From a bacterium (GTDB lineage Bacteria > Electryoneota > Electryoneia > Electryoneales > Electryoneaceae), in NCBI GenBank assembly GCA_963675295.2, contig CAXXKJ010000002.1, positions 2,016,001 through 2,080,000 on the forward strand: a DNA stretch of 64,000 nucleotides, read 5' to 3'. Positions within the stretch are counted from its first letter, which is position 1. Every line of letters starts with the position of its first letter. Positions 12,018 through 23,373 of the stretch are shown one piece after another. Below the pieces are notes generated by a model. It worked only from the letters and a program-made list of their open reading frames with translations. It searched no databases and was not told the DNA's origin. The position numbers were made by a program, and so were the translations under genes.

Positions 12018-13100
12018 GTGATAACGTTGACGAATGCGACGAAATGGGTCCTGATTGCGGGGATGCTGCTGTTGCTGGTGGCTTGTGCGGGGCAACAGGA
12101 AACGATGGAACCGCCGGAGCCTGCTCCGGACACGACGGTGACGGTAGAGCCGGAACCGACGGTAACCGTGCAGGTGCAGCAGGAGAACCTGCGCTCGATG
12201 CCGAACGGGCCGAAAATCGGTGAGACCACCGGTGGAACCGAATACGTGATGCAGGTTCGGCGCGGCAACTGGGTGCGTGTCGCGATGGACAACGAGGACG
12301 GTGGCGCGTGGATCTGGGCGCCGTCTGTGGGTTTCCCGCAGGTCAACCCGATGTCGGTTCCGCTGTGGATTGGTGGAACCACGCCGCAGACCGTTGACAA
12401 CCTGACCGAAACGTTTGGCCAGCCGGAATACGTTGAACAGCTCGGCGGCGGGGTGTTCATCTATCGCTATCGGAACCGCGTACTCGAACAGAAATACACG
12501 TTGTTTGGTACGGATCAGTTTGACACGGCATTCGCCTGGGTTGACCGTGAAACCCGGCAGGTGCTGCGTGTCGAGTTCAAGCTGATGCCTTACTCCGGCA
12601 CGGCGAAAGAGCTGTTGCCGCTGGCGGGATTGCAGGACGTGCGTTCGACGAAAACCAACTTCACGCATGCGTTGTACGTGGACAAGTTCCCCGGCTTGAA
12701 GAAGGTGGAATTGCAGTTTGTGCCGGGCAATTTCAACCAGGTCGAGCTGCTCGCGGCGGAACGCTACCCGGAAGACACCTTCGAATCGGTGCTGACCACC
12801 GGCGAGAAGAAGCTGGTGCATGACGAGGGCGAGCTGCGGCTGTCGATGGAAGTGACGAACAACTCGGGCGACTTCGCGATTGCCGCACCGGCGGTTAAGG
12901 TGCTGCTGATGGAAGGCTCGATGACACTCGGCGAGTGGACGTTGGGCCCACTGAACGTGCGCATCGAACCGGGTGAGACAGAGACGATTTACGAGCCGGT
13001 CCCGATCGGGGAAGAGGAAGTTGATGTGATGACCATCGCCGCGAGCGCGGAGATCATCAGCGCGATGACTGTACCGGCGAGCGCCGCCAGCCAGCCATGA
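12018..13100 (+). CDS. hypothetical lipoprotein with an SH3-like segment
   Basis: lipobox LLVAC; Pro/Thr linker; RRGNWVRV...AWIW resembles bacterial SH3. Confidence 0.7.
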   Translation: MITLTNATKWVLIAGMLLLLVACAGQQETMEPPEPAPDTTVTVEPEPTVTVQVQQENLRSMPNGPKIGETTGGTEYVMQVRRGNWVRVAMDNEDGGAWIWAPSVGFPQVNPMSVPLWIGGTTPQTVDNLTETFGQPEYVEQLGGGVFIYRYRNRVLEQKYTLFGTDQFDTAFAWVDRETRQVLRVEFKLMPYSGTAKELLPLAGLQDVRSTKTNFTHALYVDKFPGLKKVELQFVPGNFNQVELLAAERYPEDTFESVLTTGEKKLVHDEGELRLSMEVTNNSGDFAIAAPAVKVLLMEGSMTLGEWTLGPLNVRIEPGETETIYEPVPIGEEEVDVMTIAASAEIISAMTVPASAASQP

Positions 13101-13798
13101 GCGAGCCGCACAAACCGCGTGTGCTGGTGATCATGGACGTTGATGGGACCATGATCAAGAATGGTGATGCGCTTCGGGTGCCGTTTTACCAGGCGTTCGA
13201 GGAAGTCACTGGCGCGGACATCCGCGGCGTGAAAGTCAACTTCGCCGGTAACACTGACCGAGCGATTATCCGCCAGTTCATCGAAGTGTCGGGCGTGGAA
13301 GGTGACTACGAGGACCTGCTCGCACGGTTTGCGGATCGGTTCTGCGAGCTGGTAAATGATTCGTACGACAGCCACCCGTCACCGCGCTTGCTTGACGGTG
13401 TGAGCGAGTTGCTGCTGGCATTGCACCGTCATCCGGACGCCGCACTGGTGCTGGGCACGGGGAACATCCGGCGGTCGTGTGAGATCAAGCTGCAGCGCTT
13501 TGACTTGATGAAGTATTTCCCGCACGGTGGTGGCTTTGGTGGCGATCATGAGGTCCGCGCCGACGCGATCCGTGCGGCGATGGACGCCGGGCGGGACGGG
13601 TTTGGTTGGGACGGGGAGGCGTGGGTGGTTGGTGATACGCCCAACGATGCCATCGCAGCTCATGCAGCCGGTGCGAAAGCGCTACTGGTTGCGACCGGGA
13701 TGATCCGGAAGGAGAATCTTGAGTACGCGAACGCTGAACACCTGCTGGATGATCTGACCGATACCCCGCGAATCCTGGAGATCCTTGGGTTGGCGTGA
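13097..13798 (+). CDS. HAD family hydrolase (phosphoglycolate phosphatase-like)
   Basis: MDVDGTM, LGTGN, VGDTPND, VATG; 4-nt overlap with the upstream gene. Confidence 0.9.
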   Translation: MSEPHKPRVLVIMDVDGTMIKNGDALRVPFYQAFEEVTGADIRGVKVNFAGNTDRAIIRQFIEVSGVEGDYEDLLARFADRFCELVNDSYDSHPSPRLLDGVSELLLALHRHPDAALVLGTGNIRRSCEIKLQRFDLMKYFPHGGGFGGDHEVRADAIRAAMDAGRDGFGWDGEAWVVGDTPNDAIAAHAAGAKALLVATGMIRKENLEYANAEHLLDDLTDTPRILEILGLA

Positions 13799-13859
13799 CC
13801 GACACGTGTCCGTGGTGCCGACGTCAGGCGATACCAGGGATGGGGTCAGGTTGGATAAT

Positions 13860-13949
13860 CCCGACGAGCAAGCTCGTCGGGGCACACATCGCCTCGAGAC
13901 CTACAGTTTGAAGGATCTCGGGTCCGCGTCCGCAAGCGGGCACGGGCAC
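13860..13949 (-). repeat. two further 26-nt REP-like palindromes (GTGC-N8-GCTTGC-N8') on the minus strand
   Basis: 13860-13885 reads GTGC-CCCGACGA-GCTTGC-TCGTCGGG; 13924-13949 reads GTGC-CCGTGCCC-GCTTGC-GGACGCGG. Confidence 0.75.
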
Positions 13950-13986
13950 TTGTTTTGAGCCCCGAGCCCATAGCCCATAGCCTGTC

Positions 13987-14910
13987 TTAGTCAATTTCCA
14001 CCGGTTCGCCGAGGAACGGTTTCACCAGCACCGGCACCGGGCTGCGCCGGATCAGCTTCTCGGTGGTGCCGCCGAGCAGGAAACGGTCGAGCGCATTCCA
14101 GCCCTGGTTGGCGACGACGATCAGGTCGATGGATTCCGACTTGGCGAGGTTGGTCAACTCACGTTGCACGTGCCCACTTCTCAGCTTGAACGGTGTCCCT
14201 TCCGGAAGTATATCCCCGGCAAACTTGTGCAGCGCTTCTTGGGAGCGGTTGATGAGGTCCGGATCGACCGGCACCGTGGACGGCCTGTCAGCGAAGAACG
14301 CCGGCGAGGTGAGCACCGGTTCGAAGACATGCGCGACGATCAGTTCCGCGCCAAACTGTTGCGACAGGTTGAGCGCAGTGGTTAGCGATTCCTTGGACGC
14401 GTCTGAAAAGTCGATCGGCGCGAGGATACGCTTGTAGCGTCCCTCGTTGCTGATCAGCAGGTCTTCGCCATGATGGATGGTGAGCACGGGAATGCGCGAG
14501 CCGTGCACCACTTTTTCCGTCGTGCTGCCGAGCACGAAGTGGCCGAGTCCGCTACGTCCATGGGTACCCATCACAATCAGGTCGATCTGTTCCTGCTCGC
14601 AGAAGTCGAGGATCTCGGTCGCGTCGGAGATTGCCCGGCGGACTTCCTCGCGGATCGGAACCGTCCCCTTGATCACCGGCAGGCTGTCGTCCTCAACCAG
14701 CCCGGCAACCTGCTGGCGGATAAACGCGAACAGCTCGTCCAGCTCCGGAAACTCCTTATTCGGATTATGAGGATCGGCACCATGGGGGACTTCAACGTGC
14801 AGCATCACCAGTTCGGCGTTGTAGATATGGGCCAGGACCAGCGCATGGTCGAGGGCTTTGCTGGCGGCAGTGGAGAAGTCGGTTGGGAAGAGGATGCGCT
14901 TGATCTTCAT
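13987..14910 (-). CDS. tandem-domain universal stress protein
   Basis: KRILFPTDFS, DLIVMGTHGRSG, LGSTTEKV; second domain KRILAPIDFS; start set at MKIKR. Confidence 0.95.
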   Translation of the reverse strand: MKIKRILFPTDFSTAASKALDHALVLAHIYNAELVMLHVEVPHGADPHNPNKEFPELDELFAFIRQQVAGLVEDDSLPVIKGTVPIREEVRRAISDATEILDFCEQEQIDLIVMGTHGRSGLGHFVLGSTTEKVVHGSRIPVLTIHHGEDLLISNEGRYKRILAPIDFSDASKESLTTALNLSQQFGAELIVAHVFEPVLTSPAFFADRPSTVPVDPDLINRSQEALHKFAGDILPEGTPFKLRSGHVQRELTNLAKSESIDLIVVANQGWNALDRFLLGGTTEKLIRRSPVPVLVKPFLGEPVEID

Positions 14911-15025
14911 CAATTCATCTCGCACGTTTGCGTTTTCTGAGTTACCATCTGTGATTGCTAATGTGGTACGTTGTGCGCGGGTTGCGGAATGCAGATCCCG
15001 TGTTTTCCCCCAGTTGGAGAGATCG

Positions 15026-15718
15026 TTGAACGAATTGCTTTTCTTTGTCTGGACCGTGGTCGTGGTCGGTCTGGTGCTGCTCAGTTTCCGATTTGGCCGG
15101 GTCGGTTTGTACGGCGTCATCGGTGTCTACATCATCCTCGCGAACGTGTTCGTGACCAAACAGATTACGCTGTTCGGCGTGGCGGCGACGGGCGGGAACT
15201 CATTGTATGGAGCAATTTTCCTCGCGACGGATCTGTTAAACGAGCATTGGGGGAAGAAAGAGGCGCAGCGCGCGGTGTGGTTCGGTTGGTTGTGCGCGGG
15301 CTTTTTCCTGCTCGCCAGCCAGGTGTTTCTCTGGTTCCAGCCGTCGGTGGATGATTTCGTGCATGACGCGATGACGCAGATCTTCTCACTGGCTCCGCGT
15401 ATCGTGGCGGGTTCACTGCTCGCGTACATCGTCAGTCAGACGCATGACGTGATCGCGTTCAACGCATGGAAGCAGCGCACGCAGGGCAGGCACCTGTGGT
15501 TGCGCAACAACGCGTCAACGATGGTCAGCCAGTTGCTCGACTCGGTGATTTTCACCGCTGTGGCGTTCTGGGGCATCTTCGAGTTCTCGATCCTGATTCA
15601 GATTTTCATCACCACGTATCTGCTGAAAGTGCTGGTTGCGTTGATCGACACTCCGTTCCTCTATCTCAGCAAACGGTTCAAGCCGTTGGAACTCAGACTG
15701 AACGAATACGTGAATTGA
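15026..15718 (+). CDS. queuosine precursor transporter (YhhQ/VUT family)
   Basis: FLATDLLNEHWGKKEA, SLLAYIVSQTHDV, LWLRNNASTMVSQLLDS, DTPFLY; TTG start after GGAGA. Confidence 0.9.
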   Translation: MNELLFFVWTVVVVGLVLLSFRFGRVGLYGVIGVYIILANVFVTKQITLFGVAATGGNSLYGAIFLATDLLNEHWGKKEAQRAVWFGWLCAGFFLLASQVFLWFQPSVDDFVHDAMTQIFSLAPRIVAGSLLAYIVSQTHDVIAFNAWKQRTQGRHLWLRNNASTMVSQLLDSVIFTAVAFWGIFEFSILIQIFITTYLLKVLVALIDTPFLYLSKRFKPLELRLNEYVN

Positions 15719-15765
15719 AGTAGAATCCCAAATCACAGTATCCGTTTAACGAAAACGAGGGACCC

Positions 15766-16224
15766 ATGCGTCGTTTGCTGTTGTTCTCTGCTCTGGCTGT
15801 GCTGATTGCCGCGCCGGCGACTTTTGCCACGCGCGATGTTGATAATCGTTACGGTATCGGTCTGCAGTGGGTTGATCCAGTAGCGTACGGTCCCAGCTTC
15901 ACGATGGACCTGTTTGATCTTCCGATGAGCATCCAGGGTGTCCTCGGCCTCAACGATTTCCCGGCACCAGTGGCACGGGTGCGCTACGTGTTTGCCGGAC
16001 GGCGGTACCTTGACGGGTACGCATACGGCGCGATTGGCGCGTACGACGATGATGGCCGTCACGACGATGACGACGGCTTGCGGTTGTTTGCGGGAGTCGG
16101 TGCCGGAGTCGAATGGGACTGGCGTGACGCCGACGCGAGCCTTCCGCCGATTTCCTGGAGCCTGGAGCTCGGTCTGAACGACACCGACCTGTCGTTCGGC
16201 TTTGGTGTGCACTACACATTCTGA
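15766..16224 (+). CDS. small outer-membrane beta-barrel-like protein
   Basis: signal peptide, alternating Gly/aromatic strands, C-terminal FGFGVHYTF beta-signal. Confidence 0.7.
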   Translation: MRRLLLFSALAVLIAAPATFATRDVDNRYGIGLQWVDPVAYGPSFTMDLFDLPMSIQGVLGLNDFPAPVARVRYVFAGRRYLDGYAYGAIGAYDDDGRHDDDDGLRLFAGVGAGVEWDWRDADASLPPISWSLELGLNDTDLSFGFGVHYTF

Positions 16225-16257
16225 TCAGTTGCGGACGGTGGCTTGATGAGCCCCCCG

Positions 16258-16298
16258 GAAAACCCGCTCCCGGACGACGATCCGAGGGTGGGTTTTCT
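16258..16298 (+). terminator. probable intrinsic terminator
   Basis: GAAAACCCGCTC...GAGGGTGGGTTTTC. Confidence 0.55.
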
Positions 16299-16453
16299 CA
16301 TGCTATCTTGCCGGATATCCATTGGCAATCAGCAATTCAGTGCTCCAGCATCACAGCCCTGATAGCTCATTCTCCAGAGGCGGGACACTGGTGGGGCGCA
16401 TGTTCTCGGAATAGCTTCCTGTCGTCCCGCCAACCAACCATCTGGCTGCCGGT

Positions 16454-17806
16454 ATGATCAATGACAAGAGCGCCACGCAGACCGTTGACAACACCTCGGA
16501 CGATACCGTCTGGGTGCATGACCTCAGCTGGGATGGACGCGGCGTCGCCCGTCGAGCCGACGGACGTGTACTGATGATCTTCGGCGCCATTCCCGGCGAC
16601 CATGTAATCCCGGAAGTCCGTCACGAACCGAACAAGGGTCCGGTGGATTGTACCATCGGCGAGCTCGTGCATGAATCCCCGCAGCGGGTTCCGCATCCGT
16701 GTCCGCACTATGCTCGCGGATGTCCGGCGTCGCAGCTGGGTGCAGTGCGTCGCGAGTTCTCACTGGACTGGAAACGCACTCATCTCGTGGAAACGCTACG
16801 GCGGATCGGCGGGCTGGACGGCGTCGTCGTCGAACCGGTGATCCCCTCGCCGAAGCAGTGGCGCTACCGTGAGCGGCTGGAGTTTCAGGTTGTGCGGAGT
16901 CAGAACGGGCTCGACATGGGCTATATCGGCCTCTCCGGACTGGTTCGGGTGTTGGATTGCCGTCTCGGCGCGACGCCGTTGATCAAGCCGTTTGCTGAAC
17001 TGCGCCGGAATCTGGACACTCTCGATTCGCATCCACATCTCGGCGACCGTGTTCCGTTGCGGCTGTTGTTGCGCGACAACGGACGCGGCGAAGCGATCGC
17101 GGTGCTGTTCGTGCTCACACGTGGGCCGGTGGACAGCGCGCCGCTCGAAGAGTGGCTGGATTCGGCCGGATTCGCCGGCTGGGAAATCCGCCGCGTGCGG
17201 AATCAGAAGCTTCGTTACATCAATTCCGAGCTGGTGATCTCGAAGGGCGATCCGACGGTGCGGATCCGCATCGCCGGACGTGATCTGATCCTGCAGGCAT
17301 CGGTGTTTTCGCAGGTCAACCGCAAGGCGGCCAACGAGCTGGTCAACCTGATGCTGGAGCAGGTGCCGGAGGAAGGACGGCTGCTCGACCTCTACGGCGG
17401 TTATGGCCGTTTCGGGATTGCGTACGCCGACCGCAGTGGCGAGGCGACGGTTGTTGATTCTGCGGCGGACGCACTGTCCGCCGGACGCGACTATGTGCGC
17501 AAAACCGGCCTGCCGGTTCAATTCCGTGACATCGATCTCGGTCGTGATGATCTGTCCGAGATTGACGCGGCTTCGTTTGACGCCGCGATTCTCGACCCGC
17601 CGCATTCCGGCGCGGACGAACAAGTCTTGGAAATGCTGAATGATCGCGGGCCGGAACGAATCATCTACGTGTCCTGTCATCCCGCCGCGCTGGCGCGTGA
17701 CCTAAAACGGTTATCGACGTACAAAACCGACCTCGTTGTCCCCATCGACATGTTCCCCTCAACCAGCGAGCTGGAAACCCTGGTCATCCTTGACCGTATC
17801 AATTGA
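16454..17806 (+). CDS. rlmD: RNA (uracil-5)-methyltransferase, RlmD/TrmA family
   Basis: TRAM-like N-terminus, FSQVN, LDLYGGYG, LDPP, YVSCHPAALARD, DMFP..E. Confidence 0.8.
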   Translation: MINDKSATQTVDNTSDDTVWVHDLSWDGRGVARRADGRVLMIFGAIPGDHVIPEVRHEPNKGPVDCTIGELVHESPQRVPHPCPHYARGCPASQLGAVRREFSLDWKRTHLVETLRRIGGLDGVVVEPVIPSPKQWRYRERLEFQVVRSQNGLDMGYIGLSGLVRVLDCRLGATPLIKPFAELRRNLDTLDSHPHLGDRVPLRLLLRDNGRGEAIAVLFVLTRGPVDSAPLEEWLDSAGFAGWEIRRVRNQKLRYINSELVISKGDPTVRIRIAGRDLILQASVFSQVNRKAANELVNLMLEQVPEEGRLLDLYGGYGRFGIAYADRSGEATVVDSAADALSAGRDYVRKTGLPVQFRDIDLGRDDLSEIDAASFDAAILDPPHSGADEQVLEMLNDRGPERIIYVSCHPAALARDLKRLSTYKTDLVVPIDMFPSTSELETLVILDRIN

Positions 17807-17967
17807 TACGGTGCACGGTTCGTGTCGCAGTTGCCAATAGCTTCTCATCGTACGAAAACTCGTTCGTCAGGAACGCGGGCTCTCGCCTGTCGCGCTGAAT
17901 CGGTGCATTCCAGCGGGTCGGGCGCACCTCGTGTATCTTGAACGACTACAACATTTTTGGAGGAACC

Positions 17968-18999
17968 ATGTTCGACCTTCTGCGCCGGTTGACGCAGACC
18001 CCGGGTGGCCCGGGTCTGGAAGATGAGATTCGCACACTCGTACGCAGTGAACTGGAAGCGCATGTGGATGAAGTCCGCATGGACCGTCTCGGCAACCTCG
18101 ACTTCATCAAGCGGGGCAGTGGCGACGGGCCGGTGGTGATGATCGCCGCGCACATGGACCAGATCGGGTTCATGGCGACCCACGTGGACAGCAACGGGTT
18201 CATCCGTCTCAATCCGATGGGTGGATTTGACCCGCGCACAATGATGAATCAGCGTGTGATGGTCTACGGCAAGAAGCCGCTGCCGGGCGTGATGGGGTCG
18301 AAGCCGAAGCACATCCTCTCCGCGGAGGAATTGAAGAAACCGATGAAGGTGAAGGATTATTTCGTCGACGTCGGCCTGCCCGGTGACACGGTCAAGGAGC
18401 TGGTCAAGACCGGCGACCGCATCCTCTGGATGGGTGACTGCATCGAAATGGGTGACATGTACTGTTCCCGTGCGATGGATGACCGCATCGGCGTGCTGTT
18501 GATGATCGAGGCGATGAAGCGGGTGAAGAATCCGTCGGCAACGATTCACGCAGTCGCCACGGTGCAGGAAGAAGTCGGGATTCGCGGCGCGTGGGCGTCG
18601 GCGGCGCAGATCAAGCCGGACATCGGCCTCGCGCTGGATGTGACCATCGCCAACGACGTTCCCGGTTCGCCGGAACACGAAGCGGTGACGAAGATGGGCG
18701 ACGGCATCGCGATCAAGCTGATGGATGGGGCGTCGATCTCGTCATTCAAGCTGGTGCGTCACCTGGAAGATGTCGCGGACGCCAACGGCATCAAGCATCA
18801 GCGTGAAATCCTGCCCGCGGGTGGAACGGACGCCGGTGCGATCTGGCGAGTTCCCGGTGGAGCGCATGTTTGCACGTTGTCCGTACCGAGCCGCTATGTC
18901 CATTCGACGGTTGAGCTGGTGCACAAGGAAGATGTGGAAGGCGGAGTGAAGCTGCTGGCGGCGTGGCTGGAAGTCGTTGGTGAACGTGACTACGCCTGA
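17968..18999 (+). CDS. M42 family metallopeptidase (TET-like aminopeptidase)
   Basis: AAHMDQIG, AMDDRIG, TVQEEVG, ALDVT, RYVHS; RBS GGAGG. Confidence 0.93.
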   Translation: MFDLLRRLTQTPGGPGLEDEIRTLVRSELEAHVDEVRMDRLGNLDFIKRGSGDGPVVMIAAHMDQIGFMATHVDSNGFIRLNPMGGFDPRTMMNQRVMVYGKKPLPGVMGSKPKHILSAEELKKPMKVKDYFVDVGLPGDTVKELVKTGDRILWMGDCIEMGDMYCSRAMDDRIGVLLMIEAMKRVKNPSATIHAVATVQEEVGIRGAWASAAQIKPDIGLALDVTIANDVPGSPEHEAVTKMGDGIAIKLMDGASISSFKLVRHLEDVADANGIKHQREILPAGGTDAGAIWRVPGGAHVCTLSVPSRYVHSTVELVHKEDVEGGVKLLAAWLEVVGERDYA

Positions 19000-19018
19000 G
19001 CGGTAGAGTGTTGCAGGA

Positions 19019-19477
19019 GTGAAGCGTATGGTTGACCCGGAAAAACGCCCTCACGCGAACATGATGCCGGATTCCGATTCGGATTTCGACATCTATTTCG
19101 AGTACCTCGTCGGATCGTATCGTCCGGCGATGTTGAACAAATCGCGTGAGTGGCACCCGGCGGCGGATGTCTACGAGACGGACACCTGTGTGATGATCAA
19201 GGTGGACATCGCCGGGATCGACAAGAAGGACGTGCAGTTGACCTTGGACAAGGATCGGCTGACGTTGCAGGGCGTGCGGCACGAGACGGTCGAGAGCGAC
19301 CGAAAGCGGATGCTGGCGATGGAGGTGCCGTACGGTGCGTTCCGCCGCGTCTTCGAACTGCCCGCTCCAGTTTGCGCGGACAACGCAACCGCTGACTACA
19401 AGGACGGAATGCTCACCATCCGGCTGCGCAAGCGGGAAAAACCGCTGCAGCGCAAGATGGTTGTCAAAATTTACTGA
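19019..19477 (+). CDS. Hsp20/alpha-crystallin small heat-shock protein
   Basis: WHPAADVYET, YGAFRRVFELP, ATADYKDGMLTI. Confidence 0.92.
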   Translation: MKRMVDPEKRPHANMMPDSDSDFDIYFEYLVGSYRPAMLNKSREWHPAADVYETDTCVMIKVDIAGIDKKDVQLTLDKDRLTLQGVRHETVESDRKRMLAMEVPYGAFRRVFELPAPVCADNATADYKDGMLTIRLRKREKPLQRKMVVKIY

Positions 19478-19489
19478 GGCAGATTAACG

Positions 19490-21991
<2,502 letters not shown>

Positions 21992-22021
21992 GACTATCGC
22001 TTGACAACCCTCGGGGGATTG

Positions 22022-22792
22022 ATGCAGAAGCGCAAGCTGGGCCTGGTAGTACTCTTTGCGGCGTTGGTTTTCGCCGGTTTCAACGGTTGCCAGCAGGCTC
22101 CGAAGACCCAACCCGATGACCGGTTCGACCTGAGCAAGCTGAAGACGCCGGCGACGTACTACTACCAGATGCAGGATACGGTGCAAGTTTACGGCAAGAT
22201 GAAGCAGGAGCTGAATCGTGTCAGCGAGGACGGTCGCGACCTGATCAGGATCGACTTTGACATCTATGGTGGTGTCTCGGGAGAGACCGAGCTCCGGTTC
22301 GACGCCAACAGCGGAGCCATGGTCAGCATGCTGTCGAAACAGGAGTTCCGTGGCCAGACGATGAACAACAACTCCTACTACGAAGACGGCCAGGTGGTGC
22401 GGATCATGGATACGCCGATGAAGGCGACCCAGGACACCTTGCACATGAACGTTCCACCACACACCTATGACTGGATGCAGGCGAGCTTCCTGATTCAGAC
22501 GATGGACCTTGAGTCGATGATTGGCGACACGACGCAAATGACGTTTTATCAGGGATTTGGCCGTGCGTTTGTCGATACGGCGGACGTGACCGTGGTTGGC
22601 CGTGAAGCGGTGAGCGTGCCCGCTGGCGATTTTGACGCGTATCGCGTTCACCTCGATTTCCACGACTCGCAGGCCGATTTCTTCATCCAGGCAGATGGTG
22701 ACGGGAAGGTTTTGAAGCACATCGTGCCATCCCAAGGCGGCGGACTTGCGACGGTTCTCATTCCGGATTCTTTGGGAATGAAGGAAGAGTAA
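22022..22792 (+). CDS. hypothetical lipoprotein (DUF3108-like)
   Basis: lipobox AGFNGC; GREAVSVPAGDFDAYRV motif. Confidence 0.65.
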   Translation: MQKRKLGLVVLFAALVFAGFNGCQQAPKTQPDDRFDLSKLKTPATYYYQMQDTVQVYGKMKQELNRVSEDGRDLIRIDFDIYGGVSGETELRFDANSGAMVSMLSKQEFRGQTMNNNSYYEDGQVVRIMDTPMKATQDTLHMNVPPHTYDWMQASFLIQTMDLESMIGDTTQMTFYQGFGRAFVDTADVTVVGREAVSVPAGDFDAYRVHLDFHDSQADFFIQADGDGKVLKHIVPSQGGGLATVLIPDSLGMKEE

Positions 22793-22920
22793 ACGATCTC
22801 TCACATTTGCTCTGCGAATTGGAGATTTTAACCGGGTAGGGTGATTCAGCAGAACTCTCTTCTTGACTTGTATGGTGCGAAGAGACTACGTTCCGTGGGC
22901 ACGGATCGTGGGGAGGTACC

Positions 22921-23292
22921 ATGGCAGTCACCGTGGAACGTCTGCTCGAGCAGATGCTACGTGAACAGCGTGAGATGTTGGAAGAGCAGAAGCGGATCAA
23001 CCGGCTGCTGAGATTTGTTGCGCACCGGCAGGCCCGTGAGTTGATCGAAACGCAGCTTGAGAAGAGCATCGAACGCCGTGTGTATGAGTTGTCGGACGGT
23101 ATTCGATCCTCGCGTGAGATTGAAAAGCTTGTCAACAAGGAAGTCACCCAGCGCACAGTGGTGACTTGGTGGCAGAAATGGCGCCGGCTTGGCCTTGTTG
23201 AACAATCGCCCAATTATTCCGGCCGCATGATGAAGGTGATGCCGTTGGAGGAGTTGGGACTGTCGACGGATGTCAACGAACATCTCGATTGA
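22921..23292 (+). CDS. small hypothetical protein, coiled-coil plus winged-HTH-like
   Basis: RBS GGAGG; VYELSDG..SSREIEK..VTQRTVVTWWQKWRRLGLV resembles a wHTH; has its own terminator. Confidence 0.7.
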   Translation: MAVTVERLLEQMLREQREMLEEQKRINRLLRFVAHRQARELIETQLEKSIERRVYELSDGIRSSREIEKLVNKEVTQRTVVTWWQKWRRLGLVEQSPNYSGRMMKVMPLEELGLSTDVNEHLD

Positions 23293-23318
23293 CACCGTCG
23301 TTGAAAACCTCGATGTTA

Positions 23319-23353
23319 CCCCGGAGGAGATATTCGTCCGGGGTCTTTTTTTG
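23319..23353 (+). terminator. intrinsic terminator
   Basis: CCCCGGA...TCCGGGG followed by TCTTTTTT. Confidence 0.7.
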
Positions 23354-23373
23354 CTCAGTCGCAGGCGGATCAG

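Noticed and set aside
14911-15025. preQ1 riboswitch upstream of the queuosine-precursor transporter
   Set aside because: No recognisable preQ1 consensus; an Rfam scan would be needed to exclude it fully.
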